NCBI RefSeq assembly: GCF_009914755.1
Contig: NC_060925.1
From: the human T2T-CHM13v2.0 reference genome, Homo sapiens
Length of the DNA stretch: 64,000 bases
Direction: 5' to 3' (one strand)
Shown one piece after another: positions 1 to 17,340 of this stretch. A program made the translations under genes and the position numbers. Every line of letters begins with the position of its first letter. Positions within the stretch are counted from its first letter, which is position 1. Under the pieces are notes generated by a model. It did no database searches, was not told the origin of the DNA, and was given only the letters and a program-made list of their open reading frames with translations.

Positions 1-789
1 CAAAAAAAAAAAAAAAAACCCACAAAAAACCCCAAACATTGAAGAAACAGAGCAAATGTCAGAACCAGACTTGATATGGCAGAGATATTGAAATTATTAG
101 AAGAGGGATTTAAAATAAATATTAAAATGCTAAGGACTGTAATGAAAAAAGGGAACAACTTGCAAGAACAGATAAATAATGCAAGCAGAGAGATGAGAAC
201 TCTAAGATAGAATCAAAGGAAATGCTAGAAATAAAAAACATTGTAGCAGAAACAAGAATGCCTTCAAAAAGCTCATCAATAGGACAGAGTGGAGGAAAGA
301 ATCAGCTGGCTTGAGGAAGTTTCAATAGAAACATCCAAAACTGAAATGCAAAAAAAAAAAAAAAGGGAATAAAAAAAATCACAAAGCATCCAAGAACTGT
401 GGAACAATTACAAAAAGTATAAATACGTATAGTGTGTGAGTTCCAGAAAGAAAAGAAAGAGAATAAATATTTTAGATAATAATGAATAAGAATATCCCAA
501 AATTGATAATAGACAACAAACCACTGATCCAGGAAGTTTAGAGCACACCAAACATGATATACCTAGGCATATCATATTCATTATACCTAGGCATATCATA
601 TTCAAACTATAGAAAGTCAAGGACAGATAAAAATCTTGAAAGAATCCATAAGGGAAGGATGAGGGAAAAAACAACCTTATCTATAGAAGAGGCTTGTTGG
701 AAACCATGCAAGCAAAAAGAAAATGGAGAGAAATTTAGAATAAAGCATTGAAAGAAAAAAAACCAACATCAACATAGAATCCTGAATAG

Positions 790-1188
<399 letters not shown>

Positions 1189-2427
1189 TAAATATTTTCT
1201 AATACAAACAGAAATTAAGGGAATTTGTCATCAGCAGACTTAAATGCAAGAAATGTTACAATAAATTCTACAGACAGAAGGAAAATGATAAAATGATATA
1301 GGTCAAAAATTTGGATTTACATGAAGAAAGAATGTTAGAGAAGAAATAAAGGTAAAATGAAATATTTTATTCTTATTTTTAATTGATTAAAAGAGAATAG
1401 TTTGTTCAAAATAATAATAGCAACATGTTTTCGGTGACTATAGCTTATAGATAGATTAGCGAAATGAATGACAGCAATGTTAGAAAGGATGAGAGAGAAG
1501 AATTGGGAGTACTCTGTTATATAGTACTTGCACTGCTTGTGAAGTAGTATAAAAATATTTGAAAGAGGACTTGAAATAATTGTAAGTATATACCGCAAAC
1601 TCAAGGGCAGCCACTAAAAAAAAGTTTTTTAAAAATAAAATATTTGAGAATCATCTAGAATTAAGGAAAACACCAATCCATATAATTAAAATGCCCTACA
1701 AACTCTTTGCAAAATACATTTTTAAAAAACTATATGGCACATATAATTGTGAAACTGCAGAAAACCACAGGAAAAGAGAAAATATTAAAAGCAGTCAGAC
1801 CAATTTCCAAGAAATACAAAGGAGGGAGAAATATATTAAATGTACATAATAAACTATATAAACAACCAAACCAGCAAGATCCAGAGGTTCACAACTTCAT
1901 AGGACAAACAACTCATTTCTTCAACAAATAAATTGCAAAAAAAAAAGCAGAGGAATCTGTGGTAAGGCTGTAGATGAAACATGACTGACATGAGTTAGTA
2001 ATTATCAAAGACGGATGTTCGGCACATGGTACATGGTTGATGGTACATAGTTTATTATATTACCTTCCTATTTTCATATCTATTAAAAGATTTTATGATA
2101 AAACTTTTAAAAAGAGAAAATGGCAACTTTAAAAAGAAAAATGGTAATCTTTCACAACATGCCTTTGAAGTTGACAGTAAGATCAAGAAGTAAAATTCTC
2201 AACAGCAACAATGAAAGGTAGAAATCTGTGGAATGAATTCTTCCATGTGCCAGACTAAGTAACTACCAGACTAAAATTCTCCACCTAGCAAAAATATCTT
2301 CTAAGAATGAGAGAAAAATAAATACATGTTCTGGAAAATATAAATTGCAAACTCCCTAAAGGAAAATGATCCCACATAGCACATAGGGAAGATATAAAAA
2401 GGGATACTATATAGAAATCTGAGATGT

Positions 2428-3185
<758 letters not shown>

Positions 3186-3985
3186 TAATTAATTTTAGAC
3201 TTAACTAATATGTATGTTGTAAATTCTAAGGTCCCTACTAAAAAAATTGAAACTATGTTTTTAACATCTAAACTTGTAGGAAAAAAATGCAATGATCAAA
3301 GTTTATCAATCTAAAACTTAGCAAGAAAGGAAAAAAATGAACATAGAATAGCTAGAGCCAACACAAAGCACAAAGAAGAAAATAAGATGCTGGATTTAAA
3401 CCCAAATGTTCCAGTAATTATATTAGGTATAAATGGACAGAATATTTTAATAAAAGGCTATTTTCAAAAAGTATAGTGCTATACATTATTTAAAAGAAAC
3501 ATCTAAACCTTAAAAATACAGAGTAGTTTTTAAAAATTATTAGGAACTTTGAACAAAAGAAAGCTCATGTAGCTATGTTAGATATCTGTGAAAATGGACT
3601 TTTAGATAAAATAATTGAGATAAGGAGGAATACTTTAATAAAAGCTAAACTTAAGCAGGAAAAAATAACAATTTTACATTTACATGCACCTAATGACATG
3701 GCCTTCAAATATATAAAGCAAAACTTTACAATAACAAGAAATCAATAAAATAGGAAAAAAATAGTAAAGAAATAGAATATTTGAACAACAAAATTGACAA
3801 AATTAAGGTTATAGATACATGTACAAGACTCTAACCAATAGCTACAGAATATATACAACATTTAAAAAATCATTGTCTACTGGAACATAAAAAGCATTAA
3901 TTAGTCTTAAAGAAATAAACTTTATACAATATGTTCTCTGGCAACAATGTGATTAATCTAAAAATCAATCACAAAAAGAAAACTT

Positions 3986-4278
3986 GCTGGGTGCTGTGGC
4001 TCACACCTCTAATCCCAGCACTTTGGGAGGCCGAGGAGGGTGGATCATGAGGTCAGGAGACTGAGACCATCCTGGCCAACATGGTGAAACTCCGTCTCTA
4101 CTAAAAATACACAAATTAGCTGGGCACGGTGGTGCGTGCCTGTAATCCCAGCTACTCGGGAGGCTGAGGCAGGAGAATTGCTTGAACAAGGGAGTCGGAG
4201 GTTGCAGTGAAGCTGAGATCATGCCACTGCACTTCAGCCTGGGGACAGAAAGAGACTCCGTCTAAAAAAAAAAAAAAC
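3986..4278 (+). mobile_element. AluSc-like
   Basis: GGATCATGAGGTCAGGAG..GAGACCATCCTGGCCAACATGG, A tail. Confidence 0.9.
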
Positions 4279-4751
4279 AAACCACCGAAATAAACCCAAA
4301 TAACATAGAAGGAAATCATTAATATAAGTAAGAGCTGAAATTTAATTTAAAATATATATAAGAAGACAGAGGAGGCAGTCTTAAGTTGCTTTCAGTGAGG
4401 AAGATTGGGGTGGTGAAGGTGATTAGAGGGCAGGTATGGGAGAGAATTTTTACTGCTTATATCCTATTTTCCAAATCTTAAACAAGATGAAAGTCACATT
4501 CTTTTATAAATTAAGCACTAGTTTTAAATTAAAAATAAATGATCAGATGAGGTACGCAACATAAAAGGTACTAGAGGGTAGGCAGACTCATAAATGCCTC
4601 ATTGGAATACATCATTGCCTACTCATATAATGGCCTTAAATTAATAAAGTAGTTGTGCTTGTGGAGATTGGGATGGAGGTAGAAATGGCAAATTTCATTG
4701 CCTACTCATTTACTGATCTTAATAAAGTAGTTGTGCTTGTGGAGATAGAGA

Positions 4752-4985
4752 TGGAAGTAGTAACGTAGCAGTGGTGGTGGAGGTGGTGATAGTAGAAGTG
4801 AAGGTGGTGGTGGTGGAGTTGGATGTGGAAGTAGAAGTGGTGTTGGTGGATGTGGTGCAGGTGGGAGGTGAAGGCAATGGAGGTGGAGGTGGCGTTGGTG
4901 AAGGTGGAGGTGATAGTAGTAGAGGTGGTGGTGGTTGTAGAGGTGGAAGTAGAAGGGGAGGTGTTGGTTTGGTAGGGATTGGAAT
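4752..4985. repeat. Low-complexity (GGT/GGA/GTA)n tract preceded by a diverged ~83-bp tandem duplication (4612-4760)
   Basis: Degenerate trinucleotide repeat seen directly; TCATTGCCTACTCAT...TAAAGTAGTTGTGCTTGTGGAGAT occurs at 4612 and 4695. Confidence 0.85.
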
Positions 4986-6007
4986 TGGGATGATACCAGC
5001 TCTTGGAGCTCCTCCATTAAGCTTTACAGTTTCTATTAGCCAAATATCCTAGGCAATAGAAAAGACTTACTCATCAATATGGGCTAAAAAATATGGGAAC
5101 GCTCTATCTCAATCTAGTTAAAGTCACCATGTTTTCTTCCTTCTTTTTTGTGTTCTATTTTTAATGCATTTTTTAATTGTAGTAAACACACACACACTCA
5201 GGAGATCTACCCTCTTAACACTTTTTTATGTGTACAGTACATTATTGTCAACTACCAGCACAATGCCATATATAACAGATTTGTAGACTATTTTCATGTC
5301 GCATAACTGAAACTTTATACATGCTGCACAGCAGCTCCCCATTTCCCTCTTTCTCTACCCCTATAAGCCACCATTCTACTTTGCTTCTATGACTTTAACA
5401 ACTTTAAATATCTCATATAAGTAGAATCATGAAGTATTTGTTCTTCTGTGACTAGTTTATTTCACTTACCATATTGTCCTCAAAATTCATTCATGTTGCT
5501 ACATATCGCAAGATTTCTTTATTTTTATGGCTGAGTAATATTCTAATGTAGTGTATATTACATTTTCTTTATCCATTCATGTGTTGATGGGCATTTAGGT
5601 TGCTTCCACATTTTGGCTATTGTGAATAATGCTGCAGTGAACACGGGAATGCCAATATCTCTTTAAGATCTTGATTTCAATTAGTTGAGATAAATACCCA
5701 GAAGTAGGATTATTGGATATTATAGTTATATTTTTAATTTTTTGAGGAAACTTAATGCTGTTTTTCATAAAGGTTGCACCATTTTACATTCTTACCAACA
5801 ATGTACAAGGGTTCCAATTGTTTCACATCCTTGCCAACACGCGTTATTCTCTGTTTATTTTTGTTTTTTTTTAATAGCGATCCTAACACAAGATGATATC
5901 TCATTGTGATTTTGATTTGTATTTTTCTGATGATTAATGATACTGAGCATCTTTTTATATACCTGTTGGCCATTTCTATGTCTTCTTTGGAGGAATATAT
6001 ACTCAAG

Positions 6008-7321
<1,314 letters not shown>

Positions 7322-9489
7322 TAAATTTTTTTTGTTTGTTTGCTATTGAGTTCTAGAAGTTTCTTATATATTTTGGATATTAACCCCTTTTTAGATACAT
7401 AGTTTGCAAATCTTTTCTCCCATTTCTTAGATTGCCTTTTCACTCTGTTGATTGTTTTCTTCACTGTGCATAAGGCTTTGTGTTTAGATCCACGATGTTC
7501 AGTCTCCTCATTAGTTTCCAGGTGGGACTGTATTGACTATCAAAGGGCTGAAGAACAACTTATCACCCAGAAATTGTCCATATAATACAAAGAGTCTTAG
7601 AAGATAGGAGCTATAAGATACTACTTGTCATTGTTTCATGGACCATAGAATCCCTGAGCAGATACTCAAAGAGCAATTAGTCATTTTATGCCTTGAGAAA
7701 CATCTGCTATATGTTCAAAAAACTCAATATACCTTGTGGTTGAAGGAAACCTGATAATGGGTCTTGGGAGGTAAAGTGATTCTGCAATGAGGACATGATG
7801 ACCAAATTGTTGTGGAGGAAAATATTTAGCAACTTTAGGAGAAAAGCCTTCTCCCCCTCAGAAGCCCATTGGCTCTGGGTCAGAGGTGTGGTAACTGAGT
7901 GAATTCCTGCCCTCAGAGAAAAGATTGCCTCCTGAAGAGAAATGATATTCCTGCATCACCAAACAGCAACTTCAGTTTCCCTTTAATCATGCCCCTTAGT
8001 TGATAAAAGCAGAGGGGGCTGATTGCTCAAAGGCTTTAAAAACGGTGGATGAAAAGCAGAATCCTTACAATAACATTTTTTTCCACATCCAATCAATCAG
8101 TTTTTGCTCTATACCTCCCACCATCCCCATTTAGGCAACAACACAGGGGCTCTTTGATTGTCTCACTAGGTTCTACAGCATGCTCAAAAATTCCTCAAAA
8201 TCAATTGCCTTAATCCAAACAACTGGAAGAAAAAAAAGGAAGAAAGAAAAGGAAGGGAAAAAGAAAGGAAAGGAGGGAGGGACAGAAAATACAGAAAGTT
8301 AACATGTTCAAGGCCTGGGACTCACTGCCTTAGGAAACTATTGGTCAAGAGAAGCTTTTCTTCCCTGTAGCTAATTTGGAGGCAAAATGAGCACCATGTG
8401 AAAAAAGGCAAAACTGAAGATGTTCTGCCTACACAGGACTAAGTTCTCACAAGAGTAATGTTAAGTGCCATTTACTGCTTCAGGAGGACTTTGTTATTAT
8501 TATTAATAACATGATTGTTATTCCAACTTATTCCAGGTCTCTTCTTTAGCATCACAAAACTCCCTGAAAATCACTTTTGTCTTCTTTGATCATTTCTGTA
8601 CCTCTTCCGTTTTCTTTGCATTATAATACACAGGCTAACAATACAGTGTACTATAATTTTCCCCCATTGAAATATAACAACATCTCCTCTCTCCGAAAAG
8701 TAGACTGATGTGATTATTGAGTGGGTCTGGGTACTTTGTGCTTCATCTTTTCTTGCTGTAACAGACAGCCCTTTTTTATTCTTATGATAACTGAAACATT
8801 TGAACAATCATTGTCCTACAAAGGAGCTGATCTTGGAGCAATTGTGCTTTGTACCACTTCATCCCCTTTGGGAGCAAGATCATTTTTAAAATAATGACTT
8901 CTCCAGCAGTTTATTACCAGCCTGAAGTCATTTTCACACCTCAGAAGTGAAGGCTTAATGAGCAGAGAAATTAAAGAGTAAAACTCTGCTAGTGTCTTCT
9001 TAAATGGCAGCATTTTGGCACCTTAGTAGATGCACTCCCAAAGAGGAGCTGCGTCACATTCATCTTGTTCTCCAAATGACCTTTAGGTAATGAACCTCAA
9101 AGTTTTCTCTTCCCTGCCCCACAACTCTATCCCTTCTTTTCCATGCTGGAGGAGATATCTGGCTAGAAGATCAGGTGGTAAATAACGCAGTTGTGTTAGT
9201 ATAATGAATTTACCTAGCACAATGCTGAAAACACTATTATTGAGCAATAAAATTTTCCTGATTGAGTAGTGGTCACACAGACCCTCACCACCACAGAAAC
9301 TCCCTACTAAAAGTTGCAAATTCCTAGGCCTCTTTTAGAAATATGTTCAAGTACCACTTGTTCTTGTAACCCTTTCGAACTCTCCCAGTTAGTTGCTCTC
9401 TCTTTAATGCTCCTAGACTGCTTGGTTCTTATGTCTATTGTTCGTACATATTATTGTAATTATTGTGATTCTAATAGTCTATCTACATG

Positions 9490-9625
9490 TCTATCTTTCC
9501 CATCAGACCTTGAGTTCTGCAAAGACAGTGACCAAGCAGTGTTCATTTTTACATCTCTAATTCTCATTATAATGCTTAGCAAAAGTAGAAGCTCAGTAAA
9601 TATTTGATAATATTTACTAAGTGAA
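9490..9625 (+). mobile_element. L2 3' remnant
   Basis: CAGACCTTGAGTTCTGCAAAGACAG...AGTAGAAGCTCAGTAAATATTTG resembles the L2 terminus. Confidence 0.55.
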
Positions 9626-9705
9626 TAAAAGATGATTACAAAAATTCTTTTTAAATGAAAGATAATATTAGAGATTGTGTCCTTTGATTCAAAATAGAGC
9701 AATAA

Positions 9706-10000
9706 GCTTTTTGCAGTGGCTCATGCCTGTAATCCCAACACTTTGGGAGGCTGAGGCAGGTGGATCACTTGAGTTCAGGAGTTTCAGACTAGCATGGCCA
9801 ACATGGCAAAACCTCGTCTCTACTAAAAATACGAAAATTAGCCAGGTGTGACAATATGCACCTGTAATCTCAACTACTCAAGAGGATAAGGCATGAGAAT
9901 CACTTGAATCTGGTGGGTGGAATTTGCAGTGAGCTGAGATCATGCCACTGCACTCCAGCCTGGGTGACAGAGCAAGATTCCATCTCAAAAAAAAAAAAAA
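9706..10000 (+). mobile_element. Alu (old S or Jb)
   Basis: Dimeric Alu body with A tail; degenerate TSD AAAAT(A/T)GA(G/A)CAATAA. Confidence 0.9.
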
Positions 10001-12773
10001 ATTGAACAATAAAGACCAATAGATACATGTAAAGACTGACTATGCTCCACACGTGAATGACATGATTAGGTTAAAGGAAGAGAATTCAGCAGTCCACTTC
10101 CAAACTCTACAATAAAACTTCCCACATCCCTGCTATAATACAGATGCCCTGTGAAGCATTTGTGCAAATCTATTGGCTTTCCCACCTGGCCTAGAACAAT
10201 CAAATCTATTTCTGGCTAAGAAATATGCTGTATGGGTATGATCAAATTGCCCAGAGTAAGAAAGTCAAATTAATGAAGTGGTAGAAATCAGTCTATATCA
10301 GTGGCTGATGAGCCAGCATCTGCCTACATAATTGCATATTTTGCTTGGTTAGATTTGAGATTCTTGTTGATATTTGGAACATTCTTCTCTTCCTGCTAAT
10401 GTTGGTAATTGGAGTGCTAGATTTTGACTTCCAAATCTTTCATTCATTTCTTCTTTGTGACAGGGAAAGCCATAGAGGAAACAAGTGAAGAGAAAATAGT
10501 TATTTGGGGATGAGAGAAAATATAGGGTAAGGAGGGGAAATAGAAGAATGTGAGAGTCCTTCCACCAAAAGAACTTGGGAAGGTTGAGATCATCTCAAGA
10601 TGATTGGCACCCAATTCTATTAACAAATATGGAAAGCATTTTTAACTAATTCCAGGTTTCACATGTTGTTTGTTGAGTGGGACTTACTGTCGTCAGAGGT
10701 TGATTCACTCCTTCTCTGCAGTAGATATGAGAGATGAGGCAATTTTATTTAGAAAAGCCAATGGAATTTAGCTGGTGTTTACTGTTTCATAAAGGAATAA
10801 TGGATGAATTACCTAGCTAGACCCTATTGGGTAGAACTGTTAGTTAAAATTGACAAGCAGTCCTGTAATTTACACTGCAATTTGGAAATTTAAGCTGGGA
10901 GGCTCAGAGCTCTCTATTGTGCATTGTAAAGCTTCTTTTGTACTTCTGACTCATTTTGTGTTGGGAATCATTTAGCCATTGGCTTTAACTGCTAATACAG
11001 TTCCATCAAATACCAAATATAAATCAAAGTTACTGGATCATTCGAAATCTGTTGTCGGAGTTGTTTATATGTATTTTCTTCCACCACTAGTTTAGTATAG
11101 TTACAAGAGAAGCTGCTAAATTATGATATATTGTGCATGCCTTGTTGCCATCTTACTAGAGCCTCTTGCAAATAAGATGTAATCCATGACAAATTATTTT
11201 TCTAGTTATACAAAACATAAATAATGATAATAAAAAGGGAATCAAATTGATGAAAGAGGAAGAAGAGAGAGAGGAGAGAGGTTTCAAATAAATAGCTTTG
11301 TTTTGGGTCCTGGCTGTCCAAAACAAGTGAGAAAATAAAGGAGGAATTTTAAAACTCACCTTACCACACAGGGGCCTAAATTGCACTCTGCCTAGTCTAG
11401 CCTCCTAGAGAATGATAGAAAACTCTCACTGGTCACATATATAACCTTTTGTTTGAAATTGGGTCTACTCACTCTCAGCCTTGTATACAGAATCTGCATG
11501 TATCATTTGTAAAGTCATTGTACTCAAATAAATATTTACTGTGTACAAATGATCATGGATCATGAAGACAACAGTGGGAGAACCCCATCTTGGTGATTCC
11601 AGGTTCTCTAATATCCATACGATGTCAATGGGCCTCAGATGGTGAAAATCAATGTGACGTTCAATATGAGCAAATCAGCTATCTTATCTGAATCTTTGTT
11701 TTATGACATTTTAAATTGTAATTCAAAGGATAGACAGATAAATAAATTAGCATTAGATTTACTTACAGTGAATAAAGAAATATTGTGGTAGGAAGAAATT
11801 GCTAATGTCCCAACATAGTCTTTCTGCCTTTCTTTCCTGGCTTTTATTTCTAAAATTTCTACCAGGCATGCCTGGAGAATTCTGAAATCTACCTAGAAAT
11901 GTCAACAGTGTCTTGTTAATAGAAGGCCTTACTCCTATCCTCTAGTTAAGTTATTATTTTCTCCCCTTGTGCCATAGATATCTTTGCAAATCTGTGTGAT
12001 ATTGGAAGACACAAAGAAAGCAACAAATCAAAAAATTCTATCTCAAGTCATCATGGTCATTAATCTTACATGAACACACTAAAATAAAAGATTTGAGAAT
12101 AAGCATTTATCAAATCATACTTTGCCACGATTAGTGTTACAATACAAATATTACAGTGATAGATGAGACACTAACTGAACTCTAATGGTAGCATCCACAA
12201 GGACCATTAGAATTATATAATAACCAGACATATTTTGTTCAGATTCCAGAACTCAGGAACATCTTTTTTAAAAGGAGGTTTTGAAAACCATGTTGAGTCT
12301 TGTAAATTTGGATCGTCACTGCTGTATCCTCCCAGGCATCAACAATCAGCCGCTATCACAGGATGTTGGCACTCCAGGGCCCCAGATCAAATCAGCAAAG
12401 CAGTTTAGAAATCTAAGGAGAGAAAAGAGTCTTTGCAATTAAGAGTGTTCTACCCATTTACAGAATCAAATTTTCCAGGAACACAGCTTAGTATAAACCA
12501 CGTTTCATGAACATTTCAACATAATATAACGAACACAAGTGTCTCAATGAAGCAGATAGCAGAGCAATTTGTACTAGCAGATGGTTCACCCTGGGATCAG
12601 AGCAATTATCTTCTTACTCTACATACAAGGGTAGCCAAAGATTCAACAGTTGACTATTCAAACAACTTAGCAATACAAGTGAATTTTTGAAGCACTAAAA
12701 TAAATAGGATTTGCATCCTCTTCTCTCCACAAGCAAGTTCTGGAGAATGTTCAGAAGAATATAAGATGATTTC

Positions 12774-12824
12774 TTTTTTTTTTTTTTTTTTTTTTTTGAG
12801 AAAGAGTTTAGCTCTGTCACCTGG
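12774..12824 (-). mobile_element. Alu 3' stub (poly-T plus ~27 bp)
   Basis: T run then GAGAAAGAGTTTAGCTCTGTCACCTGG; Alu similarity then stops. Confidence 0.65.
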
Positions 12825-13106
12825 CATGAGAGCTCCCTGGGTCTCGAACACTGAGTTAATTTTATCACCTCAGAATTTCCTGAAGCAGTGCTTTACTCTC
12901 TGCTTCCAGAACAATTTAAGACTCTCTAAGATCTCCATGCCCACTCTGGTTCAACTGAGAAAAACAGGAACTCAAATGAGAACCAAAGTTCAAAGTAAGT
13001 ATTTTTTTTTTAAAACACCTAGACACCAGTGCCAAGCATTGCCCTAATTACTTTGCAAATATTTAATTTAATCCTCCTTATATTCTATGAGATGTCTTAC
13101 AGTCTC

Positions 13107-13409
<303 letters not shown>

Positions 13410-13870
13410 TTATGGTTTTCATTTTTATATGAGGAAACTAAGGCTGTTATTTTATCCTTTGGATTCTAGAATAAAAGCCTGACTATCCTTTTAATGTATT
13501 TTTATTATTTGCATCAAAAACATTTTCATCACTATTAGATCATCCAAGGAGATCTTTGTGCTTTTTCACAATTAGCTTTTATTTCATCTATAGTAATTTA
13601 ACCCAAGATTATCAGGACAAGAAACCACATACTGAGGTAAGGTAATGGGATGGATATGAAGAGAAGGAAGAAAAAGGAAAAGGATCACCCAAGCACCACT
13701 GGTACTTATATTTAACTGATAAATTGGTTTCCTTACCTAGAAGATAAGCTTTTCACCCCATCTCTTGTAATGACAACAATAAAGTAAACAACATCAGCAA
13801 CAACAAAACACATTTGTAGTAGAAGGGCTTGCTATGTGCCATTCATTGTTCAAAGTGCTCAATGTGTAAC

Positions 13871-13933
13871 TTTTTTTTTTTTGTTTTAGATAGGGTCTCG
13901 CTCTGTCACCAAGGCTGCAGTGCAATGGCTCAA
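13871..13933 (-). mobile_element. 5'-truncated Alu stub in MIR
   Basis: T run plus AGATAGGGTCTCGCTCTGTCACCAAGGCTGCAGTGCAATGGCTCAA; possible TSD TGTAAC/TATAAC. Confidence 0.75.
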
Positions 13934-16259
13934 GGTATAACATTAAATAAATTAACTCATTCACAAGAATTACCGAAGCACTCTCATATAGTCATCATTT
14001 CTATGTTGCTTTCTTTTATCTGAATAGTCACAGCTGAAATAATTTACCATACAATTAAATACCAGTAATTTTTAGGACAAATATATTCATGGTTATTGAT
14101 TTCTGAAATGCAAGTTTCAAACATGTCTCACATTAGAATTCCAGGCTTTATTTTTTTTACTACTCCAGGAAAAAGAGTTCGGAGTTCTTTTTTCCCTATT
14201 TTTCTGATAAGCTAGAGATATATGAATCACTTTATGGTAAAAGATTAGATGTCTTGAATCTGGATGTGCCCTACTTCCTACTTTTAAATGTCATTATTTA
14301 GAGAAATTCCTGTACCTATTCTGAAAGGGCTCAGGTGGCCCTGATGTAAGATTAAGTAATGTCATCTTATTTAATGATTTCAAAAGCATCAGGCATTAGA
14401 TTTTCTTGCCAACTCACTAAACCTCTTCCTCATAATGATATTGGTAAAAAGTAGAACAGATGCATAACAGCTGGCTCATGAACTTCAACATCTCAGCCAT
14501 TTCTTGGCAGTACTATCAATGTTTTTCCCTGAATACAAAACCTAATTGGTTAGCGTTGTGCAACTCTGGGGGTAGAAGTCTTAAATACACTACTTAGTTA
14601 TCGATTTTCAAATTATAATTCACACAATGGGTGGCAGATTCTTAGGCACTTACAGTTCAGTACTGCTTTATTTTCCATGAGTATAACTTGTAGGTTACAG
14701 AACTTTCCCTTAATTAGTTAGCCTGCAAAGAGTCATTTCTTTCCTAAGTTTTATCCAACAGTATTTTTTTATGGTTGAGTTGTAAAACCTTTGAAATATA
14801 ATTTTATAATGGGAAGCGACAAACTCTAGTTTCAGTTCAACCATCTGCCTTTAATAAATACATGCTCCTTTCTTCCCTACAAACTCTGACATTTTCTTCC
14901 TATGACCCAAGGTGGAGAAAGAGAGAGAGAGAAAGGGAGACTGATTGTTTTTAAAAAGACTATTAGTAAATCAGCACTGTGAAAAAATAGTTATAATTGA
15001 AGCACATGTATCTCTGAGAAACAGTGCTAAGTCAGAAATCTACTTTTAAATGTGCTTTTCTAATATTTACTACTGTCTTCATTAATGGCTTTCCCGCATC
15101 TGAAGTCAAGGCAAGCTTTTCAGGACCACGGACAGAAACACACTACTACCCCTCTTGCACAAGCAGCAAACTCCTCATCGCATATGGCAACATGGGCTAT
15201 TGAGTTTTGAATGACAGTTATATGCATTCATTTTCATTTTGGGGGGCCATCTGGTTTGTTCATACTGCTGGGATTTCAAAACTCAATGAAGATGGATATT
15301 GCCTAGGACACTTGATGCCTTCAGGCTGACCAAGGACAAATGTGCCTGTCTAATAAACAAAATACAGTACTATTAAAAATCACTGTGTCACCATATTTGC
15401 TAATAATTATGTTTTCCTTAATTCAATAATTTTGCATTTTAGGGGCAGAGTGACAGGATCCATCAATATTAGGTTTCTTCCTTGTTCCTTCAGGGAGATT
15501 GATAGAGCACCCACCAGCATCATTGGGCCCTATTTTATAACTGAATGCATTTCCTTCACATAAACTGTTCTGAGAACTGTGAAGAGAATGTTCAGGAGTG
15601 CCATGCTGTAAACTCAAAGTAGAAATAAAAGGGCAGAATCTGAAATGTGCCAAGCGGACATGTTAGAAGATAAAATGTAGACTCTTATTTATGAAAGAAA
15701 TTAGCTTGGATACACTGTTCTTGAGGAAATTTATATCAAGAGATGTAGAGAAAGATATAAATATATAGAGAAAATTATTACTTTATGTCAAATAGAAAAA
15801 CTTAATGAATATGAAGATGAGTCAAGGAAACAGAATGAAGAGTACACTTTTTAAGATTTAATCACTTTATGTCTATCTATAAAATTTTGTCTCTAATTTT
15901 CCAATTTTGAGGAATGGATTACAATTTTACGCTTGTTGGATAGAGGTAAGTGAGGCATTGTGACTTTAAGATATTTATTAATAGATCACTCTTACTTTTT
16001 ATCATAAAGTTTAGATTTTTTTCTAAAAATCAAAGAACATTTATTCAAATGTTCCTGGTTCCAGCAAGTAAAGCAATTCATCTGCTTTGCTCACTGCTGA
16101 ATCTCTACTACATAAATGAGTATCTGGCAAATATTCAATACATATTTGTTAAATAAATAAACATTTCTGACTTCTGCCTTTTAAAGTTATATTAATCCTT
16201 AAATAAAGCATCTTCACTTACTTTTTAACTAAGTTTTCTCTGACTGCCTTCATCCCTGC

Positions 16260-16879
16260 TGAAGGTGGTATAGGGTCAGAAAGAGGGTGATCCCTTTCCT
16301 TCGAGGGTCACAGCTGACACCCCTATAACAAAGACAGGTTAACAAGAGAAAAGCATAACAGATATGCTCAATAACAGTTTTATATGACATGGGAGTCTTC
16401 AGAATGAAGACTCAAAGATACAGTTGAAGCTATCTGATGATATGCCTAGGTTTAACGAAGCTGGAACAACCATGTAGAAATGTGATGAGATAAAAAGGGT
16501 AAGCTCTAGTAGTAACAGACTGAGCGGGGAAACCTCAGCAAGGCCTGCCTGTTTAGATTCTTCTTGATCTCCCTGTTGTAGCATTTCTTCCCCCTAGGGA
16601 TGGAGTAGATTCCTCTGGAATGAGGGTGATTTTTTTTTACAGCTAGCTGTTTCACAGAAAGATGGGGGAAAGTTAGAGTAATATTTTTAAGGTTTATCGC
16701 TTTCTTTAGGGAAAAGGAGTCCTGGTTTCTATGAACCGCCTTGAGGAAGAGGAATTCTAGTTTCTGTGGCTAGCCTCAGGGGAGAATAATGCGTGAGAGA
16801 CAAGAGGTCAGGAGAAGGGCAGAGAGAGACTTTTCTTCTGGGGTCTTCATGTTAGGGTATCATTTTCTGAACCCCAGCA
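16260..16879 (-). mobile_element. ERV1 (MER4-group) solo LTR
   Basis: Minus-strand start TGCTGGGGTTCAGAAAATGATACCC typical of MER4-group LTRs; TG...CA ends; subfamily not certain. Confidence 0.7.
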
Positions 16880-17034
16880 ATGGCATGTCTCTCCTTTAAA
16901 TTCCCATAGTGCTGTGTGTGTGCCTTCCTTGTGGCACTTACATTATTCTGACTTGGAGCAAAGAAAGTTATGTAGGTATTTTATTTCCATTACTTGAATA
17001 CAGTCTACAGGAGATTAGTAAGTGTGCAACCTGA

Positions 17035-17308
17035 GACCGGGCATGGTGGCTCACGCCTGTAATCCCAGCACTTTGGGAGGCTGAGGCAGGCGGATCACCT
17101 GAGGTCAGGTGTTTGAGACCAGCCTGACCAATATGGAGAAACCCTGGCTCTACTAAAAATACAAAATTAGCCAGGCGCGGTGGCACATGCCCCAGCTACT
17201 AGGGAGGCTGAGACAGGAGAATCGCTTGAACCCAGGAGGCGGAGGTTGCGGTGAGCCGAGATTGTGCCATTGCACTCCAGCTGGGCAACAAGAGCAAAAC
17301 TCCGTCTC

Positions 17309-17335
<27 letters not shown>
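17035..17335 (+). mobile_element. AluSp
   Basis: CCTGACCAATATGGAGAAACCC and CAACAAGAGCAAAACTCC diagnostics; 15-bp TSD AAGT(G/A)TGCAAC(C/T)TGA at 17020-17034 and 17336-17350. Confidence 0.93.

Positions 17336-17340
<5 letters not shown>

Noticed and set aside
4706-5052. His/Pro-rich and Val/Gly-rich ORFs
   Set aside because: Both are translations of the GGT low-complexity tract.
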